Assembly (NCBI GenBank): GCA_003644295.1
Contig: QNBZ01000001.1
Coordinates: forward strand, 1 to 26,938
Length of the DNA: 26,938 nt
Direction: 5' to 3'
From: Planctomycetota bacterium
GTDB lineage: Bacteria; Planctomycetota; Phycisphaerae; Sedimentisphaerales; Anaerobacaceae
Shown here: positions 1-9,440 of the stretch, piece by piece
Numbering within the stretch: position 1 is the first letter of the stretch
How the letters are laid out: every line of letters starts with the position of its first letter
Program-made: the position numbers and the translations under genes
The notes under the pieces: generated by a model
The model's input: only the letters and a program-made list of their open reading frames with translations
What the model was told of the DNA's origin: nothing
Databases searched by the model: none

Positions 1-1
1 G

Positions 2-1369
2 CCTTGGTCTATATCTATCATCATCAGTCCTTCTGTATTGTCCCATATCAGTCGTAGTACTGTAGTCATAAATAGAAACATTAAAGACAGCTTCTACTTC
101 GTCTGTAAAGAACGGTTCTTTCACATCGAACGTCGAAGTTCTGACAGAAGAGGGATACACAAACTGATTCGCGGAAGGATAACCCCTAATATATGCTGAG
201 AAGCGGATTGAATTAGAAGACCAGAATACATCTCCATAACTAACACCATCAATAGACCAGTCTTTGTCAATGTCTGGCTCGCTTGACAAGTCATCAGTAT
301 AATTGACTGAATTAATGTAACCAACTTTCCACCATTTATCGGAATCTGCATCCGGAACTCGAAAGACCAACCAATACTGAACACCTTCATCAAGAGCAAT
401 AGATGATGCAGGTTGCGCCCAAGAAGATATAGTCCCTTCTTCTGAGATTGGGATATCTTCTGCATACCACATAAATTGTTGTTCGGTAATCTTTTCCTCC
501 GGATGAGCAGAGCCTGAATATACCTCGGCTACCATAAGATATGCTGGTGAGTCCGAATGAGTATATCTTCCTCTAACCGCTGTAAGCACGTTCCGATATA
601 AGCTCGGAGGGGTAGCAAAGGCTTGAGCCGCATATTTGCCGGGAGAGTCTAATGTGATAAATCCAGCTGATGAAGGAGCAAACGCTTCAGGAATTACAGC
701 CTCGAAGTTTTGAGAGCCTATAACCACGACATAGTTTTTAATATTATCATCTGCATGCTCTAATGGAGACATCTTTAGGATATCTTCTTCATTAACCGTA
801 AATTGGACAGCATCTGATACCTTGTAATATTGTAGTTTTCCGTTTTCATCAACATAGAAATGATAGCCGTCAAATTTGGAGATTCTCGATATTGCATCTC
901 CAAGCATCATATTCGAAAGGTCTATGTATTCTATGAATGACCCAGTATCTGGCTCGACGTCAGGAGGCTCAACATAATATCCAGAGCCTGAAGCATATGT
1001 TGCTACGAGCGATGATACAAGATATCCAGAATAAACCTGAGAGTATGTGCAGTTCTGTGGCAAAATAACTCTCCATAAATCATATGTCTTGCCTATACAC
1101 TGAATTCGAAGAATGGGTGAACCGAATAATTCAAGTTGCTTCCTAGAGATGTATCCAGCAAACTCCATTGAGTCTTGAATGTAAATCACAACTGGATTGT
1201 TGACTTCCGTTAACTCGTTTATTGTAGTACCCGAAACCATAATACGAAAGACTGCAGATTTGTAGGAACTCTCATATGAATCCGATATCTCAAGATTCTC
1301 TAAATATGACTCATCAAGATGTAATGCATTCTCAGTCCCGCTATTAATATAGATATCTATCAGACTCAT
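2..1369 (-). CDS. Baseplate hub / Tal-like tail tip protein (T4 gp27 / Mu gp44-like fold), 3'-truncated by the window edge
   Basis: Not in the ORF track. ATG at 1369 overlaps the tape measure TGA (ATGA); hand translation is open for 456 codons to the edge: MSLIDIYINSG...MEFAGYISRKQLE...LRIQCIGKTYDLW...LGDAISRISKFDGYHFYVDENGKLQYY...IKNYVVVIG. The FxGxI and GYxFYVDxxGxL patterns and the position after the tape measure fit hub proteins. Confidence 0.75.
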   Translation of the reverse strand, partial: MSLIDIYINSGTENALHLDESYLENLEISDSYESSYKSAVFRIMVSGTTINELTEVNNPVVIYIQDSMEFAGYISRKQLELFGSPILRIQCIGKTYDLWRVILPQNCTYSQVYSGYLVSSLVATYASGSGYYVEPPDVEPDTGSFIEYIDLSNMMLGDAISRISKFDGYHFYVDENGKLQYYKVSDAVQFTVNEEDILKMSPLEHADDNIKNYVVVIGSQNFEAVIPEAFAPSSAGFITLDSPGKYAAQAFATPPSLYRNVLTAVRGRYTHSDSPAYLMVAEVYSGSAHPEEKITEQQFMWYAEDIPISEEGTISSWAQPASSIALDEGVQYWLVFRVPDADSDKWWKVGYINSVNYTDDLSSEPDIDKDWSIDGVSYGDVFWSSNSIRFSAYIRGYPSANQFVYPSSVRTSTFDVKEPFFTDEVEAVFNVSIYDYSTTTDMGQYRRTDDDRYRPR

Positions 1370-4300
1370 ACAGCCGTAGCTCTTGCCTTAAACTTCAATT
1401 CATTGAGAAATTCATCGATATTCGTAACGCCTTGGATAATTATGGGACCGTGAATAACATACTCTTCTCTGTTCTCTTCTATTGGTGTTGGTAGTCTTCC
1501 ACCTACATAAGCACCATATTGGAGTTTTAAATCAGGGAAATAACGAGGAATAATTGATTTAAGTAAGCGTTCACCATATCTCCTATACCGACCACCAAGT
1601 GGTATAACAGCCTCCGGTCCAGCCTCACCAAGAAGTGCATTTACAGGTCCCTTAACTATCGCTTTACCTAGCGTTCTCGGATTAAGTGGCTTTGGAATAC
1701 TTCTTGCAGCATTCATAATAGAGGTAGCCACACCAGCTAATCCGCCAAATGCATAAGGCCAAGGTATCTGTCCAGCTTCCATAAGTTCAGCAAGTTTTTT
1801 CCTCATTAGGTCGACAGCAGCTTGTAAACTCTTCGTCGTTGCAATCACCTGCTCTTTCCCTTGTTGAGAAATAGCAACAACTCCCCAATGTCCTAGCGGA
1901 ATTCCACTCCTACCACCTGGACGCACAACATAGGTCTTGATATAATCGACGGGTGTGGCTGCACCACCGCCACCTGCACCTCCGCCTGCACCACCTCCAG
2001 CTCCTCCGCCTGCACCGCCGCCTGCACCACCAGTCATACCTTCTGTAATGGTTCTAATTATCAGCTCAAGAATCCACTTGCCCATCGGTGATTTTGTGAA
2101 ACCTGCTCTTTCAAGCATTTCTGTAACTCTATTGATGAAATTCTGTGTATCCAAGACTGTATCAATAGTGAGCTCAGGATTGTTTGTGTCGAGAATAATC
2201 TGAAGAGCGCGTAATCTTTCTGGAGTGAGATGATTAAGAAATGTATTCCAATCTTCAGAATCCCATTTTGTAATCACATCAACAGATTGGCCTGATAAAC
2301 TCGAAACAGCTTCTAAGAATTGCCTGCGTTTTTCAACTGTCATAGAATTGATGAATGCGTCCCAGTCTTGGTCATCCCAGGAAGTAGTAATACTGAGTGT
2401 AAAGTCCATATCTTGCGAACGCATATATTTCATTAATTCTTGAAAATCACCATGGAAGCCCTTGAGGAGCATATCTGCAAAGTCATATCGGAGAGCGTAT
2501 TGGAATAAAGCTTCACTGCTTTTGTAATAAAGTGATATCATCTCTTTTAGAGTATCATTCATTGTATTGAGGACATTGGTTAAAGATTCTTTCAAGTCTG
2601 CTAATTCAGTAGTGATATCATACATTGCTTCTTCTTGAGAGTATGCATCTTCGACTGCATCAACAAACGCATCAAGAGATTCGACTTGCAATGCTGTTGC
2701 TATTTGAGCAAGAGTCATGCCATCTGCATACTCTCCAGTGATTTCTGCTATCTTCACTAACGCTGCAGCCGCTATCAATTGAGCATCTGTGAATTCGCTG
2801 AGAGAGTCGTAATTCGTCTGATACAGAGTATTCAATGTCTGGAGTATTTCTTCTGCAGTGCTTCCAAAAACATTCGTAAGATTTAAGCGTGATATCAACT
2901 CATCATATATTGATGCAACATTATCAACTTCTCCTGCTTCGTCCTGAAGAGCTCTTGCCAATCTCGCTATTATACCAGCAACACCATCTATTGACTCAGC
3001 TAAATCTTCACTCACTCCGTACATTTCAAGTTCGTAAGAGATGGCTTCTCCAGTGTTATCAATTAAATCTAAGAATTCTTTAATCACTTCAGCCGAAGCA
3101 GCGCCTATTTCTTCTAGGCTTGATACTAGTGGTGTAAGAACATCTTTGAATGCACCTATAGCATCATTCAATTCCTGCTGCGCTTCTCTGTAAGCAATAA
3201 CTATAGAAAGCTCCTCATCAGTAAGGAAGGTAAGTTCATCCAAACCTTCTCCGGTGTTTATATAGTTGTCAACCAGCTGACGCTGTTCTTCATTTAGACG
3301 TTCATAAACTGCAGCCAACTTCGGATTTAATGCAAGTAATTTACCTTTTGCTCTCATCATCTGTGCATATCCGTCTATAAGGTCCTGATTTATCAAACCT
3401 TCTTCTGCAAGTTGTTTGAACAATTCATCAAGTTGCTCATCTTCTCCAGTTCTCAGTTTATAGAGCTTGTATTCAATTTCATAAAGTTTCTTCCTAGCTT
3501 CATATAGTAATTTAGCTTTTTCTGCTAGAGCTCGTTCACCCTTCTCCAATAAGAACTGATATGCCTGCTCTTTAGCTTCAAGCGATGTTATTTCAGCCTC
3601 AATCTGAATATAACGTTCACGAAGGTCTATTAAATCTTCTGCAGTCCTCAGCAAATCCTTCTGCACATCTGTCAGCATCATAATCGTCTTACCTTCCGCA
3701 GTTTCAACTTCTACGCCATGTTCCATTATATATTGCAATTGTCTACGCAATGTTGCCAATTGTTTTGTAGTTTGTGCATTTTGCTCCTCCAATTGCATAC
3801 GCTCTCGCATTGCAGCAAATAATTTATATTCAGCATTTCTAACCTCATTTGATTGAGCACCATAAATTGCAATAGCATTTGCTAAATCCTTAATTGCTTG
3901 CTCTTCTTCTCTCAATGCAGCATTTAATTCATTTTGAGCAACGAATAATTCATAAGACTGCTGAGCCATATCTTCGAGTAGTCCAACAATCTTATCGAAA
4001 GGACCTGGCAAAGCTCTCATAGCCTGTAGGAAGTTCTTAAGAGAAGTTAAGAAGTCTTTCCGTGCATCCTCAGCTTCACGCTCTGCTTGGACATATGTCT
4101 CTACAGCTTCTCTCACTCGTCTATAATCATCAGCGGCGGTACGAAGAACATCATTTAATGCACTTTGAGTATGCGCTAGCCTGTCATTAGCTTCTCTTAA
4201 TCTAGATACAGAATAACTGAGTCCAACTAACTCTCCGGCAAGCGGACCAAGAATTTTAGCAGCTTCAAAATATGTGGTCTTGAATATCTCTATGAAGGCA

Positions 4301-6381
4301 TCTTTGATTTCCTGATACATCCTCATATCAACTGGATAATATCCACCGGTATATATCACGTTCCATGCAAGTGTAACAACTCCTTCGACTGATACTTCTT
4401 TACCGAGTCTCTTCTCTAATTCGCTAGCAACTTCTTGCCAGACATCCATGTAATCTCTTGCATTCTCAACCATATGTCTAAATGCATGCTTTGCAGCTTC
4501 GTCCATATTTTTCGTCTCTCTCAGATATCTATTGCCAACTTGAATTATTGAATTCCTCCATTCCTCAGAGAAATGAATACTTTCGAGTAGAGTGAGATTC
4601 AGACTCCTAAGTTCATCTTTTGCTTTTCTTGCCGAGCTGCCGAAGAGAATAAAGTAGCTAACTGCGGTGCCTAATGCAATGAGAAGTAGTGTGATAGGAT
4701 TCTTGAGCATTGCCGCATTAAGTGCTCTTTGTGAAAGTGCGGCAGCACCTGTCGCAGCAGCAAGCGTCTGTTGAGCTTTAGCATATAATTCGGCTGCTAT
4801 AGCTGCTTGGAATGTAATTTTCGCATTTCTACTCAATGCAGCAGCTTGAAGGAGCTGGAGACCTATGACGTATTTAGTCATGAAGGAGACGACAGCCATT
4901 GCAGCCTTGTAACCAATCAAAAGCGAAATAAGAATCTTGAGTGGAGGAAGAACTACAGTCTTCCATTTTCTGAAGCCTGCTGATATAGCTTCTATCATTG
5001 GAACAACCTTTGCTCTTATTATACTAGCACCCCACTCGAACATTGGAATGAGTGATTGTCCTAGAGTGATAGAAGCAGCTTGAAGAGCATTAGAAAGCTT
5101 AACTAATGCACCCCAAAGAGTCCTCTCCTGATATTTTGCAACCGATTCTGTGATTCCCTGAGACATTTCGAGCATCGCTGCAAACCGTGCAACATCATCA
5201 GCTGCATCGACGAGAACCATTGCAGATGCAGCCGTCCTAGCCCTGAACATTGCAGCAGCTTCTGTTGCACCAAAACCAGCAGCCTTAAGCTTATAAAGTA
5301 TCTCAACTAAATTATAGTATTTTGGATTTACATCATCTGCAGTAAGTCCTAATTGCTCAAGAGCTTCAGCCGCTTGGTCTGTCGGCTTTAGCAATCTGGT
5401 GAGTATCATATTGAGCCTCTGTCCTGCTTGTGAACCCTCTAAACCTCTATCAACCAATGCCGATACTGCAGCTACGGTTTCTTCGAGAGATAGACCTAAA
5501 GAGCCTGCAGTTGCACCAACATATTTCATAGCTTCTCGTAATCTTTGGAAGTTCATGAAAGACTTTGTTATAGCTGCGGTGAATACATCGACTACTCTTG
5601 CAGTTTCTGACATATCAAGATTGAATGATTTCAATACGGTGAGAACTGCATATGTGGCATCTTCTAATGAAGTTTGGGTTGCAGCAGCATAGTTAAGAAT
5701 TGGGATGAGTTCCTTCTTTGTAAGCTTGGAAACATCATAACCAGCTGATGCAATCTGATAGAAAGCCTTAGCAACATCAGTAGCTGAGAAAACTGTTTCC
5801 TTAGAGAGAGTCAGTGCAAGCTTTGAAAGGTGGTCAACAACTTCATCGAATGCATCGCCAAGATAACCAGAGATTGTCGCAGCATTAACTATTGCTCTCT
5901 GGAATTCTTTAGTGCTTTCAGCCATCTCTCTGAATCCTCGAACAATTGACATTACTAGTTGTACACCAATTGTGAATGTGATATAGTGAGCAATCTTTGC
6001 AATCAAATTCCTAAAGGAGAAGATGATTCTGAGTGTTCCCAATATGGATTCTCGAGACCTGCGATACATCATAGAAAATGCTGCTGGCAGCTCTTTGCTG
6101 ATATCCGTTTTCATCTTTTGTGTTGCCTCTCTGGTCTTTTCTGCGGCTTTATCAATTGCGATTTGAGCTTTAGCAGTAGACTGCGCAGCAGCTTTAGTTA
6201 TATTCTTTACAGCCTTCTCAAATTGCTGTGCAGTGACTCCGAATGGTTTAAAACCTGCTGCGATTTCTTTAGAGATGGCATTAAGTCCAGCTTGGAGTAC
6301 TTTTCTAAATTGCTTTAGCTGTCCTGCAATTCCTCGGAAATCGAGGACTAATCTAACCGATAATTCACCAAGGGAAGGCAT
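1366..6381 (-). CDS. Tail tape measure protein (TP901-type core), 1671 aa
   Basis: Long Ala/Leu/Glu helical protein with the core FSATDVAKAFYQIASAG...LREAMKYVGATAGSLGLSLEETVAAVSALVDRGLEGSQAG, hydrophobic segments, and the C-terminal GEAGPEAVIPL motif typical of tape measures. Confidence 0.95.
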   Translation of the reverse strand: MPSLGELSVRLVLDFRGIAGQLKQFRKVLQAGLNAISKEIAAGFKPFGVTAQQFEKAVKNITKAAAQSTAKAQIAIDKAAEKTREATQKMKTDISKELPAAFSMMYRRSRESILGTLRIIFSFRNLIAKIAHYITFTIGVQLVMSIVRGFREMAESTKEFQRAIVNAATISGYLGDAFDEVVDHLSKLALTLSKETVFSATDVAKAFYQIASAGYDVSKLTKKELIPILNYAAATQTSLEDATYAVLTVLKSFNLDMSETARVVDVFTAAITKSFMNFQRLREAMKYVGATAGSLGLSLEETVAAVSALVDRGLEGSQAGQRLNMILTRLLKPTDQAAEALEQLGLTADDVNPKYYNLVEILYKLKAAGFGATEAAAMFRARTAASAMVLVDAADDVARFAAMLEMSQGITESVAKYQERTLWGALVKLSNALQAASITLGQSLIPMFEWGASIIRAKVVPMIEAISAGFRKWKTVVLPPLKILISLLIGYKAAMAVVSFMTKYVIGLQLLQAAALSRNAKITFQAAIAAELYAKAQQTLAAATGAAALSQRALNAAMLKNPITLLLIALGTAVSYFILFGSSARKAKDELRSLNLTLLESIHFSEEWRNSIIQVGNRYLRETKNMDEAAKHAFRHMVENARDYMDVWQEVASELEKRLGKEVSVEGVVTLAWNVIYTGGYYPVDMRMYQEIKDAFIEIFKTTYFEAAKILGPLAGELVGLSYSVSRLREANDRLAHTQSALNDVLRTAADDYRRVREAVETYVQAEREAEDARKDFLTSLKNFLQAMRALPGPFDKIVGLLEDMAQQSYELFVAQNELNAALREEEQAIKDLANAIAIYGAQSNEVRNAEYKLFAAMRERMQLEEQNAQTTKQLATLRRQLQYIMEHGVEVETAEGKTIMMLTDVQKDLLRTAEDLIDLRERYIQIEAEITSLEAKEQAYQFLLEKGERALAEKAKLLYEARKKLYEIEYKLYKLRTGEDEQLDELFKQLAEEGLINQDLIDGYAQMMRAKGKLLALNPKLAAVYERLNEEQRQLVDNYINTGEGLDELTFLTDEELSIVIAYREAQQELNDAIGAFKDVLTPLVSSLEEIGAASAEVIKEFLDLIDNTGEAISYELEMYGVSEDLAESIDGVAGIIARLARALQDEAGEVDNVASIYDELISRLNLTNVFGSTAEEILQTLNTLYQTNYDSLSEFTDAQLIAAAALVKIAEITGEYADGMTLAQIATALQVESLDAFVDAVEDAYSQEEAMYDITTELADLKESLTNVLNTMNDTLKEMISLYYKSSEALFQYALRYDFADMLLKGFHGDFQELMKYMRSQDMDFTLSITTSWDDQDWDAFINSMTVEKRRQFLEAVSSLSGQSVDVITKWDSEDWNTFLNHLTPERLRALQIILDTNNPELTIDTVLDTQNFINRVTEMLERAGFTKSPMGKWILELIIRTITEGMTGGAGGGAGGGAGGGAGGGAGGGGAATPVDYIKTYVVRPGGRSGIPLGHWGVVAISQQGKEQVIATTKSLQAAVDLMRKKLAELMEAGQIPWPYAFGGLAGVATSIMNAARSIPKPLNPRTLGKAIVKGPVNALLGEAGPEAVIPLGGRYRRYGERLLKSIIPRYFPDLKLQYGAYVGGRLPTPIEENREEYVIHGPIIIQGVTNIDEFLNELKFKARATAV
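1963..2031 (-). repeat. Gly-Ala low-complexity repeat GG(AGGG)5G inside the tape measure
   Basis: Direct translation GGAGGGAGGGAGGGAGGGAGGGG; 12-nt degenerate DNA period. Confidence 0.95.
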
Positions 6382-6532
6382 AATCCATCACAATATTCAG
6401 GAAATTGTCGTAGAAGGCACAGAAATGGCCGTAGGGACGTTTTTCGTCTTTACGAATATAATATGTCTCGGAGGTGCTCGAACTCGTCCCAGAACGCAAA
6501 TATGACGCTTTTAAAGGCATTTCTGGAGACAT
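6365..6532 (-). CDS. Possible 55-aa hypothetical protein (or non-coding structured leader)
   Basis: ATG at 6532, 10 nt after the upstream stop; overlaps the tape measure start by 17 nt like other junctions here; no recognisable motif. Confidence 0.3.
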   Translation of the reverse strand: MSPEMPLKASYLRSGTSSSTSETYYIRKDEKRPYGHFCAFYDNFLNIVMDYAFPW

Positions 6533-6542
6533 TTTGAGCCTA

Positions 6543-6851
6543 TTATTCAATTTCGACAAGCTGAAAGACTTCACGCTGAATTATTTGTCCAGAACCAAGT
6601 GCACCACCAAGGAGAGACCATCCAGACCACTCTACTGTGTATAGACCGAGCATCGCATTAGAAGATGTTTCGATGAAATAGTAGTATTTACCAACATCAG
6701 ATTTGAATGGTACGGCATTATCCACTAGTTTGGTTCCATCTGGTTTATAAACGTTAAGTCTTGGATAGAGAGGGTCAACTAACTGACCAGATGATTTAAA
6801 CTCTGCAGTTACTTTGATGGTTGTTCCGCGTTCGTAACAGTTATAAACCAT
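6543..6851 (-). CDS. Small Ig-like virion protein (BppU N-terminal-like), 102 aa
   Basis: Pattern RGTTIKVTAEF...GQLVDP...LNVYKPDG...GKYYYFI...GLYTVEW matches the beta-sandwich domains seen in phage baseplate/tail accessory proteins. Confidence 0.6.
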   Translation of the reverse strand: MVYNCYERGTTIKVTAEFKSSGQLVDPLYPRLNVYKPDGTKLVDNAVPFKSDVGKYYYFIETSSNAMLGLYTVEWSGWSLLGGALGSGQIIQREVFQLVEIE

Positions 6852-6873
6852 ATCTTCTTAGAGATATTGACAT

Positions 6874-9051
6874 CTAACAGACTGCAGACGCACGTGCAGA
6901 TATTTCCATAATTGGTGACATGGATGTTTCAACTGTATCAATGAAACCGCGTCTGAAGATGTAGACTGTGAACGTATGAGATGCATAGTTTGGTCCTGCG
7001 AGAATTGTCTGAAACGTGTAACTCCGTAGCGGAGCTTCAGGCACAAGATAGGAGTTGATATTATAGGCAATAGAGTATCTCCCTTGAAGAACAGCATCAA
7101 GAACAGCCTGTCTAGCAATTCCCAGTTTTAGGAGTATAGACGCAATCCTATATGTCTCTGAATACGTCTTTAGGAGAAGTGAATCAATGTTTAGTGTTTT
7201 AGAGTTTCGTCTGACTATTAGGGAATCATATGGATAGTTTAAAGAATTAACTGTTATAGCTATCATATTGAAGGGATATGATTGAAGAGTTTCGCGAGAC
7301 ATTATAGCATCAAGGTATATGGAAACAAAGTTTGCAGCTCCAATAACTGCATCGAATCTATGATGTTTTTCCATCTCTATAGAAAGGATGGCGTCTAATA
7401 TTTGTTGAATAGAGATATTGGTAGCCATTAGGAGTGCGTTAATAAACAAGGAACTGCTTTTAATGCCAGATAGTATTACATCGAGAGTGTGTTCTTTACC
7501 GAGAAGAGTGGAAAGAGTAGTGATAAGATGGTAGGATTCTGACATTCTCTTTTGAGTTATTGCATCAATAAGTGAATGTATAGTCTTTGCCGCTTGTAGA
7601 CTCGTATCAAATGGAAGGCTCAATGATTTTAGCGTCTGCAACATTGCATCGATATCGAGCTCTTTTGCATTTATCTGAGAGAGCAGTGAATTGAGAAGAT
7701 ATTCAACTTCAACATTTTGAATTTCACTAATCGCATCAAGTATATAAGAGCGTACGGAAGTTTGTTCTAGAATCGAGTCGAGATACATTGAGACAAATGC
7801 TGCAGCTCCTACGATTGTATCGAATCTGTATTTAGTTGATGTCGTTTTAGATAGAACCGCATCAAAGACATGCTCGATTGAAACAGTCGGTATTGAAAGA
7901 AGTGCATCTAAGAACATTGAAGTTGACTTATATGCAGACAGCAGTGTGTTGAGAAGATATTCCTTGCCTAAAAGTTTCTGAAGAGCAACAATAATATTGT
8001 AGGTTCTTTTAGTCTTCTGTTGCGTCAGTGCATCAAACAAAAGAGAAATCATCTTTGTTGCTTTTAATCTTGTATCAAAGGAAATGTTCAGTTCATTAAG
8101 AGCTTGGAGGATAGAATCAATATTGAGTTCTTCAACATTAGTTTGCTGAAGAAGAGCATCCAATAGCTGTTCAACTTCTAGATTTTGGAGCTCAGCTATT
8201 GCCTGTAGTACGTATGATTTCATCGTTGTCTTTTGCAGGATAGTATTGAGATAATGTTCTGCAAAATTTGACGCACCAACAACGGATTGGAAGCGATACA
8301 TCAATGATTGAACTCCAAGAATAAGCGTATCAATTGAATGTGTCACTTCTTGATTCAGGATAGACAGGAAGGAATCAATCTTTGTGGCAAGAGTATATGT
8401 CTTAAAGATGAGAGCCGAGATATCATGAGATAAAGATGCTGTGCGCTGTAGGAGAGTATTGAATACATGTGATATTGATTTTGTCACCTGAATTAACGTG
8501 TCTATCTTGCTCTTTATATCAAATGTCTTCTCAAGAATGGCAGACAGGTCGTAGGACGCTAACAGATTTCTCAACTCAAGGAGGGTGGAAAGAACTTGCG
8601 AGAGGATATACTCACCTTGCAATAAGGCATCAATAGCCTGCTCTTTGGTTATATTTGGCTGCATAATAATTGTATCAATTTCTTCCGATAATGCCTTGGT
8701 TTGCTGCAATATCGTATCAATCTCAGCAGTAATAGGCGTTGTTTGCTGCAGGAGAGAGTCCAAAGAGTGCTGAATGGCATAGAGTTTAGAAAGGAGTGTA
8801 TCATAATCACAAGCAATCTCCTTGGTTTCTTGGAGAATCGCATCAAGCTTTTTGGAAAGATAAAACGTTTTTTGAAAGAGCGAATTAATTGCATAATGCT
8901 TCTTTTCAAGAGATTGAAGGAGGGATGAAAATGTATGCTGCTTTAAGTTGATTTGTTCAAGAAGCGTATCAATAGAATAGTCTGTAAACTGGCGATTAAA
9001 GTATGAATAATCAAACCGTCCTGTATCAAATAATGCGGAATAAACCGTCAT
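6874..9051 (-). CDS. 14-residue-repeat structural protein of unknown function (~725 aa), probable fibre/whisker
   Basis: About 48 tandem 14-15 aa units with core [LIF]-[DNS]-[AST]-[LI]-L; start moved from 9060 to ATG 9051, which forms an ATGA overlap with the upstream stop. Confidence 0.8.
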   Translation of the reverse strand: MTVYSALFDTGRFDYSYFNRQFTDYSIDTLLEQINLKQHTFSSLLQSLEKKHYAINSLFQKTFYLSKKLDAILQETKEIACDYDTLLSKLYAIQHSLDSLLQQTTPITAEIDTILQQTKALSEEIDTIIMQPNITKEQAIDALLQGEYILSQVLSTLLELRNLLASYDLSAILEKTFDIKSKIDTLIQVTKSISHVFNTLLQRTASLSHDISALIFKTYTLATKIDSFLSILNQEVTHSIDTLILGVQSLMYRFQSVVGASNFAEHYLNTILQKTTMKSYVLQAIAELQNLEVEQLLDALLQQTNVEELNIDSILQALNELNISFDTRLKATKMISLLFDALTQQKTKRTYNIIVALQKLLGKEYLLNTLLSAYKSTSMFLDALLSIPTVSIEHVFDAVLSKTTSTKYRFDTIVGAAAFVSMYLDSILEQTSVRSYILDAISEIQNVEVEYLLNSLLSQINAKELDIDAMLQTLKSLSLPFDTSLQAAKTIHSLIDAITQKRMSESYHLITTLSTLLGKEHTLDVILSGIKSSSLFINALLMATNISIQQILDAILSIEMEKHHRFDAVIGAANFVSIYLDAIMSRETLQSYPFNMIAITVNSLNYPYDSLIVRRNSKTLNIDSLLLKTYSETYRIASILLKLGIARQAVLDAVLQGRYSIAYNINSYLVPEAPLRSYTFQTILAGPNYASHTFTVYIFRRGFIDTVETSMSPIMEISARASAVC

Positions 9052-9440
9052 ACTCCCCAATCAAAGTCTGATATCTTTAAATAAGATTCGGTATCTTTCG
9101 ATGTGAATACATAAGCTTGATTACCGACAGTATGATATGCATTGAGACATTTCTCTCCAGTTGTGATTGTTTCTTGGAGGATGACATCTATACGCTTAGA
9201 TGGAGGAACTAAGCTAACATTCCAAGTTATGTCAGTATGCTCACCAAGATAAGATGCTCTCACATGTAAATCCTGACCTTCTGTAGCGATATTCTGAATG
9301 TTATGAAGATATTTGCCGTTGCTGTCAGAAGTAACTGTCACTTCGGATGTTCCCGAAATCTTCACTGGAAGATTCGGTAGAATGTCCTCATTGGAGTCTT
9401 TAGTTTGTCCATATATCGGAAATGGAATTGGTAGTGTCAT
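9048..9440 (-). CDS. Small beta-sandwich protein (carboxypeptidase-regulatory/transthyretin-like), 130 aa
   Basis: PIPFPIYGQTKD...PVKI...VTSDSNGKY pattern; ATGA overlaps at both ends. Confidence 0.55.
   Translation of the reverse strand: MTLPIPFPIYGQTKDSNEDILPNLPVKISGTSEVTVTSDSNGKYLHNIQNIATEGQDLHVRASYLGEHTDITWNVSLVPPSKRIDVILQETITTGEKCLNAYHTVGNQAYVFTSKDTESYLKISDFDWGV

Noticed and set aside
121-465. 114-aa minus-strand ORF in the track
   Set aside because: Out-of-frame overlap with the longer hub gene at 1369-2.
1349-1360. Perfect 12-bp palindrome ATAGATATCTAT
   Set aside because: Inside coding sequence (IDIY); no second copy seen.
1915-1945. KTYVVRPG resembling a LysM start
   Set aside because: The rest of the LysM consensus (DTLxxIA...N) is absent.
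1955-2203. Plus-strand Pro-rich ORF (APPP repeats)
   Set aside because: Antisense shadow of the Gly-Ala repeat in the tape measure.
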